Positions 10,461-18,906 of a stretch of DNA of 64,000 bases are shown piece after piece. Below the pieces are notes generated by a model that was given only the letters and a program-made list of their open reading frames with translations, did not search any database and was not told where the DNA came from. The stretch covers positions 1,824,001 through 1,888,000 of the forward strand of contig CAWGJT010000005.1 in assembly GCA_963822965.1 (NCBI GenBank), written 5' to 3'. The stretch comes from an uncultured delta proteobacterium (GTDB lineage Bacteria > Myxococcota_A > UBA9160 > UBA4427). How positions within the stretch are numbered: position 1 is the stretch's first letter; each line of letters opens with the position of its first letter. A program made the position numbers and the translations under genes.

Positions 10461-11432
10461 TCATTCGGAAGAATCGCCCTCGTCCGACTCCGGCGCCTGG
10501 CCGGCCGCACCGTCCTCCTCCGCGGGGTCGGACGTCTTCATCTTGCGGCGGTCGCTCCGGGCGTCGCCCGCGGTGAGGTTCCACGTGGCGAAGATCTTCT
10601 CGGGAATCTCCGACACGAGCTCGTAGCTCTCCGTGATGACCTTCGTGACCGAGCGGTTTCGCGGCGTCTCGATGGTCACCAGGAAGGGGATCGAGCGTTC
10701 CCCGATCTGGCGGATCTCCTTCGGATCGATCGTCAGGCGCTTCAGGTGCCGGCCCGACACGTAGTAGTCGGTCCAGCGGATGACGCCGCGCTCCGGGTCG
10801 ATGCAGGAGATCTGCTCGTCGTAGCCGGACTCGAAGCCCGGGGCCGCGGTGATCCGGACCTTCACGCAGTCGTCGGCGGAGCCGGACGCGGAGTCGGCGT
10901 CGCTCGCGGGGGCGTCCGGGTCGACCCAGCGCACCACGAAGTCCTCGACGTGCTTCGGCTCGACGTCCTCATAGGAGAGATCGCTCCCGAAGAACGAATC
11001 GGCCTTCTGGGCGCTCGAGAGCCGCCGGGTCATCTGCAGCGCGGGCAGGTAGACGTACAGGTCGTCCGAGGCGCCGTCGTTCTCGAGGATGAGCACCGAG
11101 GTGCGACGGATGGGCTCGGGGTACAGGAAGCGCAGCAGCGCGCGCCCGGGCCGAACGCTCTGACGGCGGATGAGCTGCAGTCGGCGCTGCATCTCGCGAC
11201 CCCCGCGCGACTGGGTGGCGAGCACCAGGGTCTGGATGTAGTCCTCGGCGTAGAGGTTCTTGAACGCGCGATCGAGCAGCGCCGCTGCGCTGCCCGGCTC
11301 GGGGGGCTCGCTCGCGTGCCCGGGGCGGGCCATCCCGAGCAGCACGGCCGCGGCCAGGAGCGCGGTGGGGAGCAGGCAGGCCAGCTGGGTTCCGGTCCGG
11401 TGTGCCACTAGACTCGCGGGCAGCGCCATCAC
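10461..11432 (-). CDS. LolA-like outer-membrane lipoprotein-sorting family protein
   Basis: LLRFLYP, DDLYVYLPAL..TRR and SFFGSDLSYED motifs; N-terminal hydrophobic signal; start uncertain. Confidence 0.75.
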   Translation of the reverse strand: MMALPASLVAHRTGTQLACLLPTALLAAAVLLGMARPGHASEPPEPGSAAALLDRAFKNLYAEDYIQTLVLATQSRGGREMQRRLQLIRRQSVRPGRALLRFLYPEPIRRTSVLILENDGASDDLYVYLPALQMTRRLSSAQKADSFFGSDLSYEDVEPKHVEDFVVRWVDPDAPASDADSASGSADDCVKVRITAAPGFESGYDEQISCIDPERGVIRWTDYYVSGRHLKRLTIDPKEIRQIGERSIPFLVTIETPRNRSVTKVITESYELVSEIPEKIFATWNLTAGDARSDRRKMKTSDPAEEDGAAGQAPESDEGDSSE

Positions 11433-11446
11433 TGGAGTCTAGACTA

Positions 11447-11502
11447 GCCGAAGGAGCCCGTTGGGCTCCCTTCCCGGCGGAACCGCGACCCAGGACTTCG
11501 TC
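11447..11502. repeat. Dispersed two-hairpin intergenic repeat, family B copy 1
   Basis: GGAGCCCGTTGGGCTCCC...AACCGCGACCCAGGACTTCGTC resembles the reverse complement of 50628-50691. Confidence 0.65.
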
Positions 11503-11534
11503 TCTGGCGGTCCTGGCAGGGAGATCCGATTCGC

Positions 11535-12881
11535 ATGCGACGCCTCCTGTCGAGCTTCGCCGTCGCGACGAGCGTTCTCGCAGTCTTCGTGCTGGAAGTG
11601 GCGGCGCCCCCCGCGCAGGGCGCGGTGACGCTCACCGCGGACGAAGAGCTGGTGATCCCCGCCCACGAGGTGATCGACGACGACCTGATCGTCTGGGCGG
11701 ACTACGTGCGCGTCGAAGGCGTGGTGAAGGGAGATCTCGTCGCCATCGGCTCCGAGGTGGTGGTCGAGGGCATCGTCGAGGGCGACCTCGTCGCCGCCGG
11801 CAAGACCGTCTACCTGAACGGCTCGGTGAACGACGACGCGCGCGTGCTCGCGTACGCGGTGGCACTCGGCGAGAAGGCCCGGGTCGGCGACGACCTGTTC
11901 GACCTCTCCTACAGCCTGGAGGCCCGGCCGGAGAGCAGCGTCGGCGGCACCCTCTACGCGGCGAGCCGCCAGCTGCTGCTGGCGGGACAGGTGGTGGAGG
12001 ACGTGCTCGCCCGGGCGGGCGCCCTCGAGCTGCGGGGGCTCGTGGGGGGCGACGTGCGCGCCGTCGTGGGCGGGCTGGAGGGTGTGACCCACTCGTCGCT
12101 GGTGATCGACCTGGCCCTCGAGATCCCGGACGTGCCGGAGGGCGTCACCCTGACCGATACGGCGGCCGTCGGCGGCGACCTCGACTACCGCTCCGAGACC
12201 CTCGCGAACGTCGCCCCCGGCGCGCGCGTCGCGGGGGAGACGCGTCACGAAGCCTGGCGGGCCGGAGGGGTACCGTCGCTCCAGGAGCCCGAGGACGAAG
12301 GGGCTCCCGCCCTGGGCGAGCGCGGCCACGACGCGACCCAGCGACTGGCGGCGCTGCTCGTCGTGGGCCTGGTGCTGGCGGTGGCGGTGCCGGGCTGGCT
12401 CCGGGCGCGCGGCGATCGGGTGCGGCACGAGCCGGTCGCGCTGCTGGGATGGGGAATCGCGGCGGTCGTGCTGACCGCGGTCGCCGGCGGTCTGCTCGCG
12501 ATCGCGTTCGGGATCCTGCTCGCCATCTCCCTCGCCACGGGCTTCGGCGGGCTGGCCCTCACCGCCATCATCGCGGGCAGCCTCATGGGCATGAGCGGAG
12601 CCGCCCTCTTCTACCTGGCCTTCGCCCATCTGGCGCCCGTGCTCGCGAGCGCCGGTCTGGGGCGCGCCATCGTCCGGCGCTTCCGACCGGTGGAGATCGA
12701 GGCCCCCGAGGCCGCACGGCCGGGTGCGGCCCTGCTCACGATCACCCTCGGCGCCGTCACGTACACCGTGCTGCGTGCAATTCCCGGGCTGGGCTTCGCG
12801 TTCGGCGTCGCCGCCGCGCTCGTCGGGCTGGGCGCCCTGGCAGTGTGGCTGCGCGATCGCTTCGCGGCGGACGCCGTCTAG
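11535..12881 (+). CDS. Secreted/membrane protein with bactofilin-like beta-helix repeats and C-terminal TM domain
   Basis: Signal peptide; repeated (V/I)EG-x-V-x-GDL motifs; several C-terminal TM helices. Confidence 0.7.
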   Translation: MRRLLSSFAVATSVLAVFVLEVAAPPAQGAVTLTADEELVIPAHEVIDDDLIVWADYVRVEGVVKGDLVAIGSEVVVEGIVEGDLVAAGKTVYLNGSVNDDARVLAYAVALGEKARVGDDLFDLSYSLEARPESSVGGTLYAASRQLLLAGQVVEDVLARAGALELRGLVGGDVRAVVGGLEGVTHSSLVIDLALEIPDVPEGVTLTDTAAVGGDLDYRSETLANVAPGARVAGETRHEAWRAGGVPSLQEPEDEGAPALGERGHDATQRLAALLVVGLVLAVAVPGWLRARGDRVRHEPVALLGWGIAAVVLTAVAGGLLAIAFGILLAISLATGFGGLALTAIIAGSLMGMSGAALFYLAFAHLAPVLASAGLGRAIVRRFRPVEIEAPEAARPGAALLTITLGAVTYTVLRAIPGLGFAFGVAAALVGLGALAVWLRDRFAADAV

Positions 12882-13028
12882 AACGGGAGGAGAGAGGGGA
12901 TACCCGGCGTACTCTCTCTGCGCCGGCCGCTGCATGACGGCCATGGCGCTCAGCAGCGAGCGCCGGGTCCGCAGGTGAGACTGGCACCATGAGCCGGCGC
13001 AGCTGAGGCCTCTCGCTGCCCGCAGGCG

Positions 13029-14489
13029 CTAGCGCCTCAGCGGGACTCCTGAATGGCAGGCCTCATTCGCGAGCCAGTCCATCGCCAACCGGAGAGGGGC
13101 TTCGGCGCGATGCCCCAGACGGAAATCGACGATCGCGTCAACGAGCATCCAGAGCGCGCCATACAATGGAATGCGCCATGCGAGCTCTTCCATCGCCGTC
13201 TGATCGGCACCGTACCCATCGAGCAGCAGTGAGAGCGAGCCGGACTCCGCGCGATGGGCGAAGCGCGCGATGTCCCAGAGAGGGTCTCCGACCACCGCGT
13301 CGCCCCAATCGATCAGAGCTGCGAGGCCGCTCGTATCGGTCCGGATGTGCGCTGCCTTCAGATCACCGTGGCAGAGCGACCCGACCTCGACCGCAGCCAG
13401 TGCATCGGCATGGCGATCGATCGCAGCTGCAGCGGCCGCTGCCACGGAAGCGGCCAGCGCGTAGTCGGCGGCCAGGTTGCGAGCGTCGGTCAAGATGCCG
13501 TTCAGAAAACCCAGCCAGGAGCCGTGGGGGAGTGAGAAGCTCCCTCGCTCGTCCCACGAGGCCTCTGCCAGCCAGCCAAACCCCGGCAGCCGCACCTCGT
13601 GCAAGCGACGCAGACACGCTCCGGTCTCCGCAAACGCGGGATGCCCGACGGGAATCGGCCAGCCGACGACGCGGCTCATGATGAAGGCGCTCATGTTGTT
13701 GTCACCAGCGAGCCGTCCACGCACGAGGATCGCTGGAGCGGCACAGCCGGCATCAATCCCCCGATTACACGCCCACACCTCTGCTCGTAGCGCCTCGTGC
13801 ATCGTGGACGCCTTCACGACGAATTGGCGTCCACCTGCGTCGACCTCATATACGAAGTTGGTCGCAAACGCGGCTACGCGCTCGACACGTGTCGCTTCAC
13901 GGCCGAGTTCACTGGCGACGAAGGCCGCGATGGCCCGCTCGAGGTCTCCGAGGACCGTACCCTCCGGCATCACACCTCGCGGTTCTTCAGGCGCCGCCTG
14001 GTCGACATTTTCCAAGATCGTGTCGACTACACGTGATAGGGGTGCCGTGGCGTCGATTACGATTGCGTTCTTTGGAATGTCTTCCTTCGTCGCGTGTTGT
14101 AATCGCGCATTGGATTCCCCTTCGCTTGCTGGTCCGCCCCACTCGTCTTCGGGTCGGAGGGCAAGACGCCGGTTCAGGGTCTCCAGATCGACCTCGAGAA
14201 CGAAGACTCCATCGAACAGATCGATGAAACGGTCGAAATTCCTGGAGCCGCCGCAGAAGAACGATGCCGCATGACCCTGGTCGGCCACCAGAGCTCTGAC
14301 CTTGTCCACGTCCCAGATCCAGTGCTCGTAGGCTGAGCTGTCCAGGGGCTCACCGGTCTTGGGATCGCCCCAATAGGCCAGGTCCCTGTCGCCATGGATG
14401 GAGTGGTAGCCGCGCCGTTGCAGCTCGTCGCAGACCGAGGTCTTACCGGTGCAGGAAACGCCTTCGATCAAGTAGTTCTTGACACCCAT
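13029..14489 (-). CDS. P-loop nucleoside-kinase-like domain fused in frame to an aminoglycoside phosphotransferase (APH)-family domain
   Basis: GVSCTGKT Walker A; LCHGDLKAAHI and LIDWGD kinase motifs; lower GC; possible internal start ATG 13970. Confidence 0.75.
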   Translation of the reverse strand: MGVKNYLIEGVSCTGKTSVCDELQRRGYHSIHGDRDLAYWGDPKTGEPLDSSAYEHWIWDVDKVRALVADQGHAASFFCGGSRNFDRFIDLFDGVFVLEVDLETLNRRLALRPEDEWGGPASEGESNARLQHATKEDIPKNAIVIDATAPLSRVVDTILENVDQAAPEEPRGVMPEGTVLGDLERAIAAFVASELGREATRVERVAAFATNFVYEVDAGGRQFVVKASTMHEALRAEVWACNRGIDAGCAAPAILVRGRLAGDNNMSAFIMSRVVGWPIPVGHPAFAETGACLRRLHEVRLPGFGWLAEASWDERGSFSLPHGSWLGFLNGILTDARNLAADYALAASVAAAAAAAIDRHADALAAVEVGSLCHGDLKAAHIRTDTSGLAALIDWGDAVVGDPLWDIARFAHRAESGSLSLLLDGYGADQTAMEELAWRIPLYGALWMLVDAIVDFRLGHRAEAPLRLAMDWLANEACHSGVPLRR

Positions 14490-14729
14490 GTTCCGCTTCC
14501 AACACGAGACCACACGTCTGTGTAGCTCTTCCCGCGTTTCGAATGGCTCCGCACCCGCCGCCTGGGCTTCCGGTTCCGCTTCGGATCGAAAGCCGACATT
14601 GCCGAGCTGCCCCGGAACGTTCGGATGATTGCCAGTCTACCATGCCTCGTAACCCCCGAGGGTTGGGCAGTCCGACTGCAACACCATGTCATGCCGCCTG
14701 TTCGCGACGAGCACCCAGCGGCCTCGGAA

Positions 14730-15062
14730 TCATCGCCTGAGTCTCGCGAGAGACTCGACGGTTTCGCGAGTCTCCGCGGAAAGCCGCTCCATTTCGCTTG
14801 GTTCGAGTAGGCCGAGGCTATCGATGACGGCGAGTTGCGCCAGCATCGCGGATCGCTTGGGGCCGTCGAAGCCTCGCGCTATGTCTTGATTGCGATCGCG
14901 AATGAGGCCGAAGAGTTCCCCGAAGCGCTCGTGGTGTGTGCGGCGGGGATTCGAGATGACGGCCGAGACTTCATCGAGAATTCGCTCGCACAACCGCTCG
15001 AGCGCAACTTGGCGAAGCTCGCGGAAAACCTTCCAGTCTGACTCCGGGAAGCCATGCGACAT
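14730..15062 (-). CDS. Hypothetical protein, probably the last cassette gene of the array
   Basis: 110-aa ORF (ESDWKVFRELRQVALERLCERIL) starting just after the degenerate R' of the split attC. Confidence 0.7.
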   Translation of the reverse strand: MSHGFPESDWKVFRELRQVALERLCERILDEVSAVISNPRRTHHERFGELFGLIRDRNQDIARGFDGPKRSAMLAQLAVIDSLGLLEPSEMERLSAETRETVESLARLRR

Positions 15063-15074
15063 TGGCTGCTCGCC

Positions 15075-15198
15075 CTATAGCGGATTGGCGTTCAGCGGCC
15101 GGCGGCGCCCTGCCCCGGGGCCGCTTTACACCTGGATTGACGAGATCCTATCACGATCGCAACGCCCGAAGCGTGAGTCGGGCCGCTGCAACGGCTTG
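15075..15198 (-). other. attC site 4, distal part (split by IS110; its R'' lies at 16839-16845)
   Basis: Removing the IS restores GTCTAAC-AAGCC-GTTGCAGCGGCC...GGCCGCTGAAC-GCCAATCC-GCTATAG; R' is degenerate (GCT instead of GTT). Confidence 0.75.
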
Positions 15199-15285
15199 AT
15201 CCTCATTCAGGCCCCCTCCTGTGCCTACTTTACTCGGAGTAGGCTGGTTGGAACGCATAACCACCAACCGTTTCAGGAGAGAGCC

Positions 15286-16332
15286 ATGAGATTCTACACC
15301 GAGACGCATCAGCACTACTGCGGGATCGACCTGCATGCGAAGACCATGTACCTCTGCATCCTCGATGGGCAAGGCGAGGTCCTGCTCCACGAGAACCGGA
15401 AGAGCCGGCCCGAGGCGTTCCTCGAGGCCGTCGCCCCCTACCGGGAGAGCCTCGTCGTCGCCGTCGAGTGCATGTTCACCTGGTACTGGCTCGCCGATCT
15501 CTGCCGCCGGGAGGGCATCGAATTCGTGCTCGGACACGCCCTCTACATGAAGGCGATCCACGGGGCGAAGGCCAAGAATGATAAGGTCGATGCCTTCAAG
15601 ATTGCGGCGCTGCTGCGCGGCGGGAACCTGCCGCAGGCCTACGTCTACCCGCCCGAGATGCGCGCCACGCGGGACCTGCTCCGCCGGCGCCTGCACCTTG
15701 TCCGAAGACGAGCGAACCTGCTGGCGCACATCCAGAACACCCATCACCAGTACAACCTGCCCGAACCGTCCGCGAAGGTCGCCTACAAGGCGAACCGGGA
15801 AGGAGTCGCCGAGGCCTTCGAGGAGGCCGATGCACGCAAGAGCCTGGAGGTCGACTTCGCACTCATCGAACACTACGACGAGGTGATCCGCGAGCTCGAG
15901 CTCCACCTCGTGCGCCGCGCCAAGCAGCACGACGCCCAGGCCTTCCAGCGACTGCGTTCGGTGCCCGGGATCGGCAAGATCCTGGCGCTCACGATCCTCT
16001 ACGAGATCCATGACATCGCACGCTTCGAGCGGGTGCAGAACTTCCTCTCCTACGCCCGGCTCGTGAAGTGCGAGCACAGTTCCGCGGGCAAGAGACTCGG
16101 CACGGGCGGCGCAAAGATCGGCAACGTGCATCTGAAGTGGGCCTTCTCCGAGGCGGCCGTCTTCTTCCTGCGCAACAACCCGGCGGGCCAGGCCCATCTG
16201 CGCAGGCTCGCTGGCCGACACGGCAAGGCCAAGGCGCTCTCCATCCTCGCCGCGAAGCTCGGACGAGCGGTCTACTTCATGCTCGCGAAGGAGCGCGCTT
16301 TCGAGATGGAGCGCTTCCTCGCGAGGAGCTGA
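15286..16332 (+). CDS. IS110-family DEDD recombinase/transposase
   Basis: GIDLH, AVE and KNDKVDA (DEDD); SVPGIG; HSSAGK serine motif; RBS AGGAGA. Confidence 0.95.
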   Translation: MRFYTETHQHYCGIDLHAKTMYLCILDGQGEVLLHENRKSRPEAFLEAVAPYRESLVVAVECMFTWYWLADLCRREGIEFVLGHALYMKAIHGAKAKNDKVDAFKIAALLRGGNLPQAYVYPPEMRATRDLLRRRLHLVRRRANLLAHIQNTHHQYNLPEPSAKVAYKANREGVAEAFEEADARKSLEVDFALIEHYDEVIRELELHLVRRAKQHDAQAFQRLRSVPGIGKILALTILYEIHDIARFERVQNFLSYARLVKCEHSSAGKRLGTGGAKIGNVHLKWAFSEAAVFFLRNNPAGQAHLRRLAGRHGKAKALSILAAKLGRAVYFMLAKERAFEMERFLARS

Positions 16333-16344
16333 AACGAAAGAAGG

Positions 16345-16760
16345 AGCGGAGGCGGGTGATCCCGCCGCCTAACTGGAGCCAGTTCCCGAACGGGAACCAG
16401 GGTCGAGCCCGAGCAAGAGGTCTGAAAAGATCCGGAGATCTGTGATCGCCGCATTGCGGCGAAACACCTGAGGACCTCATCGGCACCAAACCCGGCATCC
16501 GACCGGCTTGATTGGAGACCCGCCTCCCCTCCGAACATTCGCGGGGCGCCGAAGGGCGTTCCTCCAACGCGTTCTGCCCCTCTCTCGAGCCCGGAGCCAA
16601 CTGGACCGACGAGCCCGACAGACTTTGATTGGACGAGCGAGGGAACCGATGTGTTTCTGGGACACGGCGCCGATCGAGATCCCCGATAGGTGTTTGGTGC
16701 AGGCGCAACGCCTGGAACCCGTCGACGGAAACGAAAGTCGGAACGAAGGAGGAACGACGC
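16345..16760 (+). ncRNA. Putative bridge RNA/seekRNA of the IS1111-type element with three guide pairs
   Basis: Six CC-N10-(WT)-TGG motifs. One pair matches the attC target and one the donor junction. Closing stems 16348-57/16518-27, 16578-87/16634-43 and 16557-65/16748-56. Ends approximate. Confidence 0.7.
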
Positions 16761-16839
16761 ACCCAAGAACCAACGCCGCTTCAACCAGCAGGCGTCACGG
16801 GACCACTTTGTCCCTTGACGACCGGGGGCCTGATAGGTG

Positions 16840-17316
16840 TTAGACGGCGCGCTTGCTGGACCCTTCCGGCTTACCGGCCGAGCGCGCGGCGGTCCACACC
16901 CCGACGACTCCACGGGCTCCGAAGAAGAGGCAAATTCCCAGAGCCGCTTCGGTGAGGGCAGACCAATCGACACCACCAGCCCCGAGGGCTCTAGACACCC
17001 CTCGGATGGCGAAAAAGCAGCCGAGGACAGAGAGCGCCACCGCGTGAGAGCCGCCCACGTTGAGCTCGCTTGTACCGGGGAACAGTCGAGCCGCCAAGCG
17101 GTCACGCCAAGCCACGAGGATCAACCCGAGCCCGATTGCGACCAACGAGCCGATCAGGACGACAATCGATAGAAGCGGCTGCGACGCGGGGGAACTCACA
17201 GCGGGCGGCGACTGGAACAGCACGGCCAGGCAAAAGAAGAGGTCGGGGATTCGAGACGCGGCGATGAACACGCCAAGCGCAACAAACGCGACGCTCGCTA
17301 GTTCACGCTGACTCAC
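16840..17316 (-). CDS. Cassette 4 gene: multi-TM hypothetical membrane protein
   Basis: GTG start with GGAGG RBS just after GTTAGAC; TAA stop inside the R'' GTCTAAC; four hydrophobic segments. Confidence 0.75.
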   Translation of the reverse strand: MSQRELASVAFVALGVFIAASRIPDLFFCLAVLFQSPPAVSSPASQPLLSIVVLIGSLVAIGLGLILVAWRDRLAARLFPGTSELNVGGSHAVALSVLGCFFAIRGVSRALGAGGVDWSALTEAALGICLFFGARGVVGVWTAARSAGKPEGSSKRAV

Positions 17317-17336
17317 GACCGCCTCCCAACCGCGCT

Positions 17337-17475
17337 GTCTAACGAACGGATCGGGCTTCAGCTGCACCAGCCAGCGCTGACCGGCCTCGCCGAAGCCATG
17401 GAGGTTCGATGCCAACAGGCTACCAGAGCCCGGAACGCCCGGCTGGCTGGTGGCAGCTGCAAGCCCTTGTTGGGC
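17337..17475 (-). other. attC site 3
   Basis: GCCCAAC-AAGGG-CTTGCAGCTG...CAGCTGAAGCCC-GATCC-GTTCGTTAGAC; imperfect palindrome with extrahelical bases. Confidence 0.88.
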
Positions 17476-17491
17476 GGCGGGCGCGTTGGCC

Positions 17492-17953
17492 CTAGGGTTG
17501 GAACCGACAGCCTGCGACACCGAAGTACTCGGCTGCCGCGTCCGGAATGAACTGCTGGAGTGCGCTCGGGCCCATTGTGGCGTAAACGGCGCGTGGAGCA
17601 GCACCCGGCTTCAGTAGGTATGCGCCAAAGCTTCGTTCGCGTTCTCGGGGCAGCTCGATTGAAGTGACATCGCCGTCGATCTGGAACGTGAGCTGACGTG
17701 CTAGCTCGAGACGAATCTCTGGCGAGATTGGTTCGAGACATTTGGCGACGTCTGAGAGCGCGAACTGCAAGTGAGCGAGCGCCTCCGACGCTCCCGAAGT
17801 AGGGTCGTCGAACTCCGCTTGGTCAAGTGGTGGGAAGAAGCCAACTACCGTCGGACCACTGACGACTATCGGCTCGGCGATCGATGCCGGCTGGGAGGCG
17901 CAAGCCGGCAAGACGAGTGGGATCACCGCAAGCAGGGCAGGCCATCGCGCCAA
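17492..17953 (-). CDS. Cassette 3 gene: hypothetical lipoprotein
   Basis: Probable TTG start; hydrophobic signal and LPAC lipobox-like motif; bounded by attC sites. Confidence 0.7.
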   Translation of the reverse strand: MARWPALLAVIPLVLPACASQPASIAEPIVVSGPTVVGFFPPLDQAEFDDPTSGASEALAHLQFALSDVAKCLEPISPEIRLELARQLTFQIDGDVTSIELPRERERSFGAYLLKPGAAPRAVYATMGPSALQQFIPDAAAEYFGVAGCRFQP

Positions 17954-17967
17954 CTGAGACCCCCGCC

Positions 17968-18103
17968 GCCCAACGGACCGGCGCTCAGCTGCGAGCCACA
18001 GCGCCTCCGCGGCTCGGTTGAAGCACCCAAGGTTCAATGCCAAACAGTATCACGGCCCGATTGGAACGCGCTGTGGCTCGTCAGCTGCAGCGCCTTGTTG
18101 GGC
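17968..18103 (-). other. attC site 2
   Basis: GCCCAAC-AAGGC-GCTGCAGCTGACGAGCCACAGCG...CGCTGTGGCTCGCAGCTGAGCGCC-GGTCC-GTTGGGC. Confidence 0.9.
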
Positions 18104-18493
18104 GGCGGCCTCCCCGGCGCTGACGAGTTTGATCGCGATTCCTCCAGCGCTGGGGATCTGGAGGCGAAGGTCCTCGACAGAGGCGCAACGAATCACCAGG
18201 GTGTTGGAGGACGACCAATCGAGTGCCGATGGCTCGGAGCAATAGCCGCGAAAGACTGGCGTCGAGTGAGGTATGAAGCCATATCGGGTGGTTTCGAGTC
18301 GAATCTCGCTTCCGTAGGGTGGATCGTCACCTTCGCCGATGAGGTAGTGGGCCGCGGTCACAGATCCATCTGGGGACTTCGCAGTTCGATAGCGCGTCGG
18401 CCGATCAGCGATGTAGGCGACCAGCAGTAGGAGCACCGCGGCGAGCGCGAGTAGGGCTGCTCCAGCTGAGATCACGACTTTGACGAGGCGCAT
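18050..18493 (-). CDS. Cassette 2 gene: membrane-anchored hypothetical protein
   Basis: ATG 8 nt after R'; N-terminal TM and SPDG motif; reads into attC2 (AAQQGAAADEPQ tail). Confidence 0.7.
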   Translation of the reverse strand: MRLVKVVISAGAALLALAAVLLLLVAYIADRPTRYRTAKSPDGSVTAAHYLIGEGDDPPYGSEIRLETTRYGFIPHSTPVFRGYCSEPSALDWSSSNTLVIRCASVEDLRLQIPSAGGIAIKLVSAGEAAAQQGAAADEPQRVPIGP

Positions 18494-18501
18494 CTGCCGC
18501 C

Positions 18502-18634
18502 GCCCAACGGACAGGGCTTCAGCTGCACCAGCCAACGGCGGCTGGCTGCGCCGAAGCGCCTGGGTTCTCCGGAAGGCTACCAGAACCCGCTAGCCCCGGT
18601 GCGAGCTGGTGTCGGCTGCAAGCCCGTGTTAGCC
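18502..18634 (-). other. attC site 1
   Basis: GGCTAAC-ACGGG-CTTGCAGCCG...CAGCTGAAGCCC-TGTCC-GTTGGGC. Confidence 0.9.
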
Positions 18635-18873
18635 AGCATCGTCGGGTCTGGCACCCGATGAGGCTCGATCGCAACGGGCGCTCGAGCCTGCCTGTTGGTG
18701 CCGACCGCGGCCAAGGGACCCGATCGAAGGGCAGACCAAGCCACGGGCTGGCTCCGATCGAGAAGCGCGGAGGCTCAAGCCTGCGTATCGCGAAAGAACC
18801 CGCTGCCGGAACCAGGTGGGCAGCGCGATTCAGCGACGGCGGACCCTCAGAGAAACCGCATGCAGTACATGCT

Positions 18874-18906
18874 GGCTAACTACTTATTGACCTGCACCCC
18901 AGTCTA
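18874..18906 (-). promoter_or_regulatory. Candidate attI site, with a possible -10 TAGACT, heading the cassette array
   Basis: AT-rich GTCAATAAGTA-GTTAGCC; GTTAGCCAGCAT is the exact complement of the cassette-1 end ATGCTGGCTAAC; lacks canonical attC L boxes. Confidence 0.5.

Larger units (their letters stand above)
15197..16839 (+). mobile_element. IS110 family, IS1111 group insertion sequence inserted in an attC site
   Basis: Sub-terminal IRs TCAGGCCCCC (15207-15216) and GGGGGCCTGA (16824-16833); TG core at both junctions (15197-98, 16838-39); long 3' non-coding region; flanks rejoin into an attC. Confidence 0.9.

Noticed and set aside
14520..14725. A fifth attC between the 110-aa gene and the kinase fusion (GCCCAAC near 14665; short palindrome at 14572-14599)
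   Set aside because: No L boxes or matching R', so it cannot be folded like the other attCs.
14890..15285. N-terminal extension of the IS110 transposase in the 480-aa ORF
   Set aside because: It crosses the IS boundary and the attC; the real start is ATG 15286 with an AGGAGA RBS.
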